64,000 bases of DNA from positions 37,663 through 101,662 of IMG/VR virus record IMGVR_UViG_3300027734_002590. One strand, given 5' to 3'. The notes under the pieces are model-generated. The model saw only the letters and a list, made by a program, of their open reading frames with translations, did no database searches and was not told where the DNA came from. Below are positions 64,000 to 64,000 of the stretch, piece after piece (position 1 is the stretch's first letter; each line of letters starts with the position of its first letter). A program made the position numbers and the translations under genes. Origin of the DNA: a virus.

Positions 64000-64000
64000 G

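Noticed and set aside
1-64000. Stop-codon reassignment (alternative genetic code)
   Set aside because: Conserved genes are full length in code 11, TAG and TGA both end genes, and there is no canonical CUA or UCA suppressor tRNA
1-64000. CRISPR array, integrase, transposase, group I/II intron, rRNA, tmRNA
   Set aside because: No regularly spaced repeats or diagnostic motifs seen by eye; the repeated GGTTCGA motifs are tRNA T-arms
1-64000. Bacterial chromosome origin suggested by dnaK, clpX, rpsU, rpoZ and hemA
   Set aside because: These genes lack their usual operon partners and sit among rIIA/rIIB, ORFans and phage-type tRNA arrays

Overview
This is a 64-kb accessory segment of a large, lytic, T4-like or jumbo phage genome. 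It carries rIIA/rIIB, sigma70-type early promoters, TAAATA late-type motifs and many small ORFans. The host is probably a freshwater Burkholderiales bacterium (inferred from DnaK, stand-alone ArnA-type decarboxylase, AhpD and TorF homologues). Main contents: (i) a minus-strand array of 30 tRNAs covering all 20 amino acids plus one aberrant tRNA-like RNA, interleaved with about 12 helix-closed structured RNA candidates and rpoZ; (ii) chaperone and proteostasis genes (dnaK, hsp20, clpS, clpX) and bS21; (iii) nucleotide-sugar and envelope-remodelling enzymes; (iv) a csgF-csgG-curlin-fecR-curlin cluster near a CHASE2 adenylyl cyclase; (v) heme and bilin genes (ALA synthase, heme oxygenase, PcyX-like reductase, YbaN). 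The most striking observation is at the head of the tRNA array (24230-24436). There a 49-codon leader ORF uses all 20 amino acids and 39 different codons. Its 3' end folds into an antiterminator that is mutually exclusive with an intrinsic terminator. This is a candidate pan-tRNA-sensing translational attenuator that would switch on the phage tRNA array when any host tRNA is depleted. All calls come from manual reading, with no database searches.
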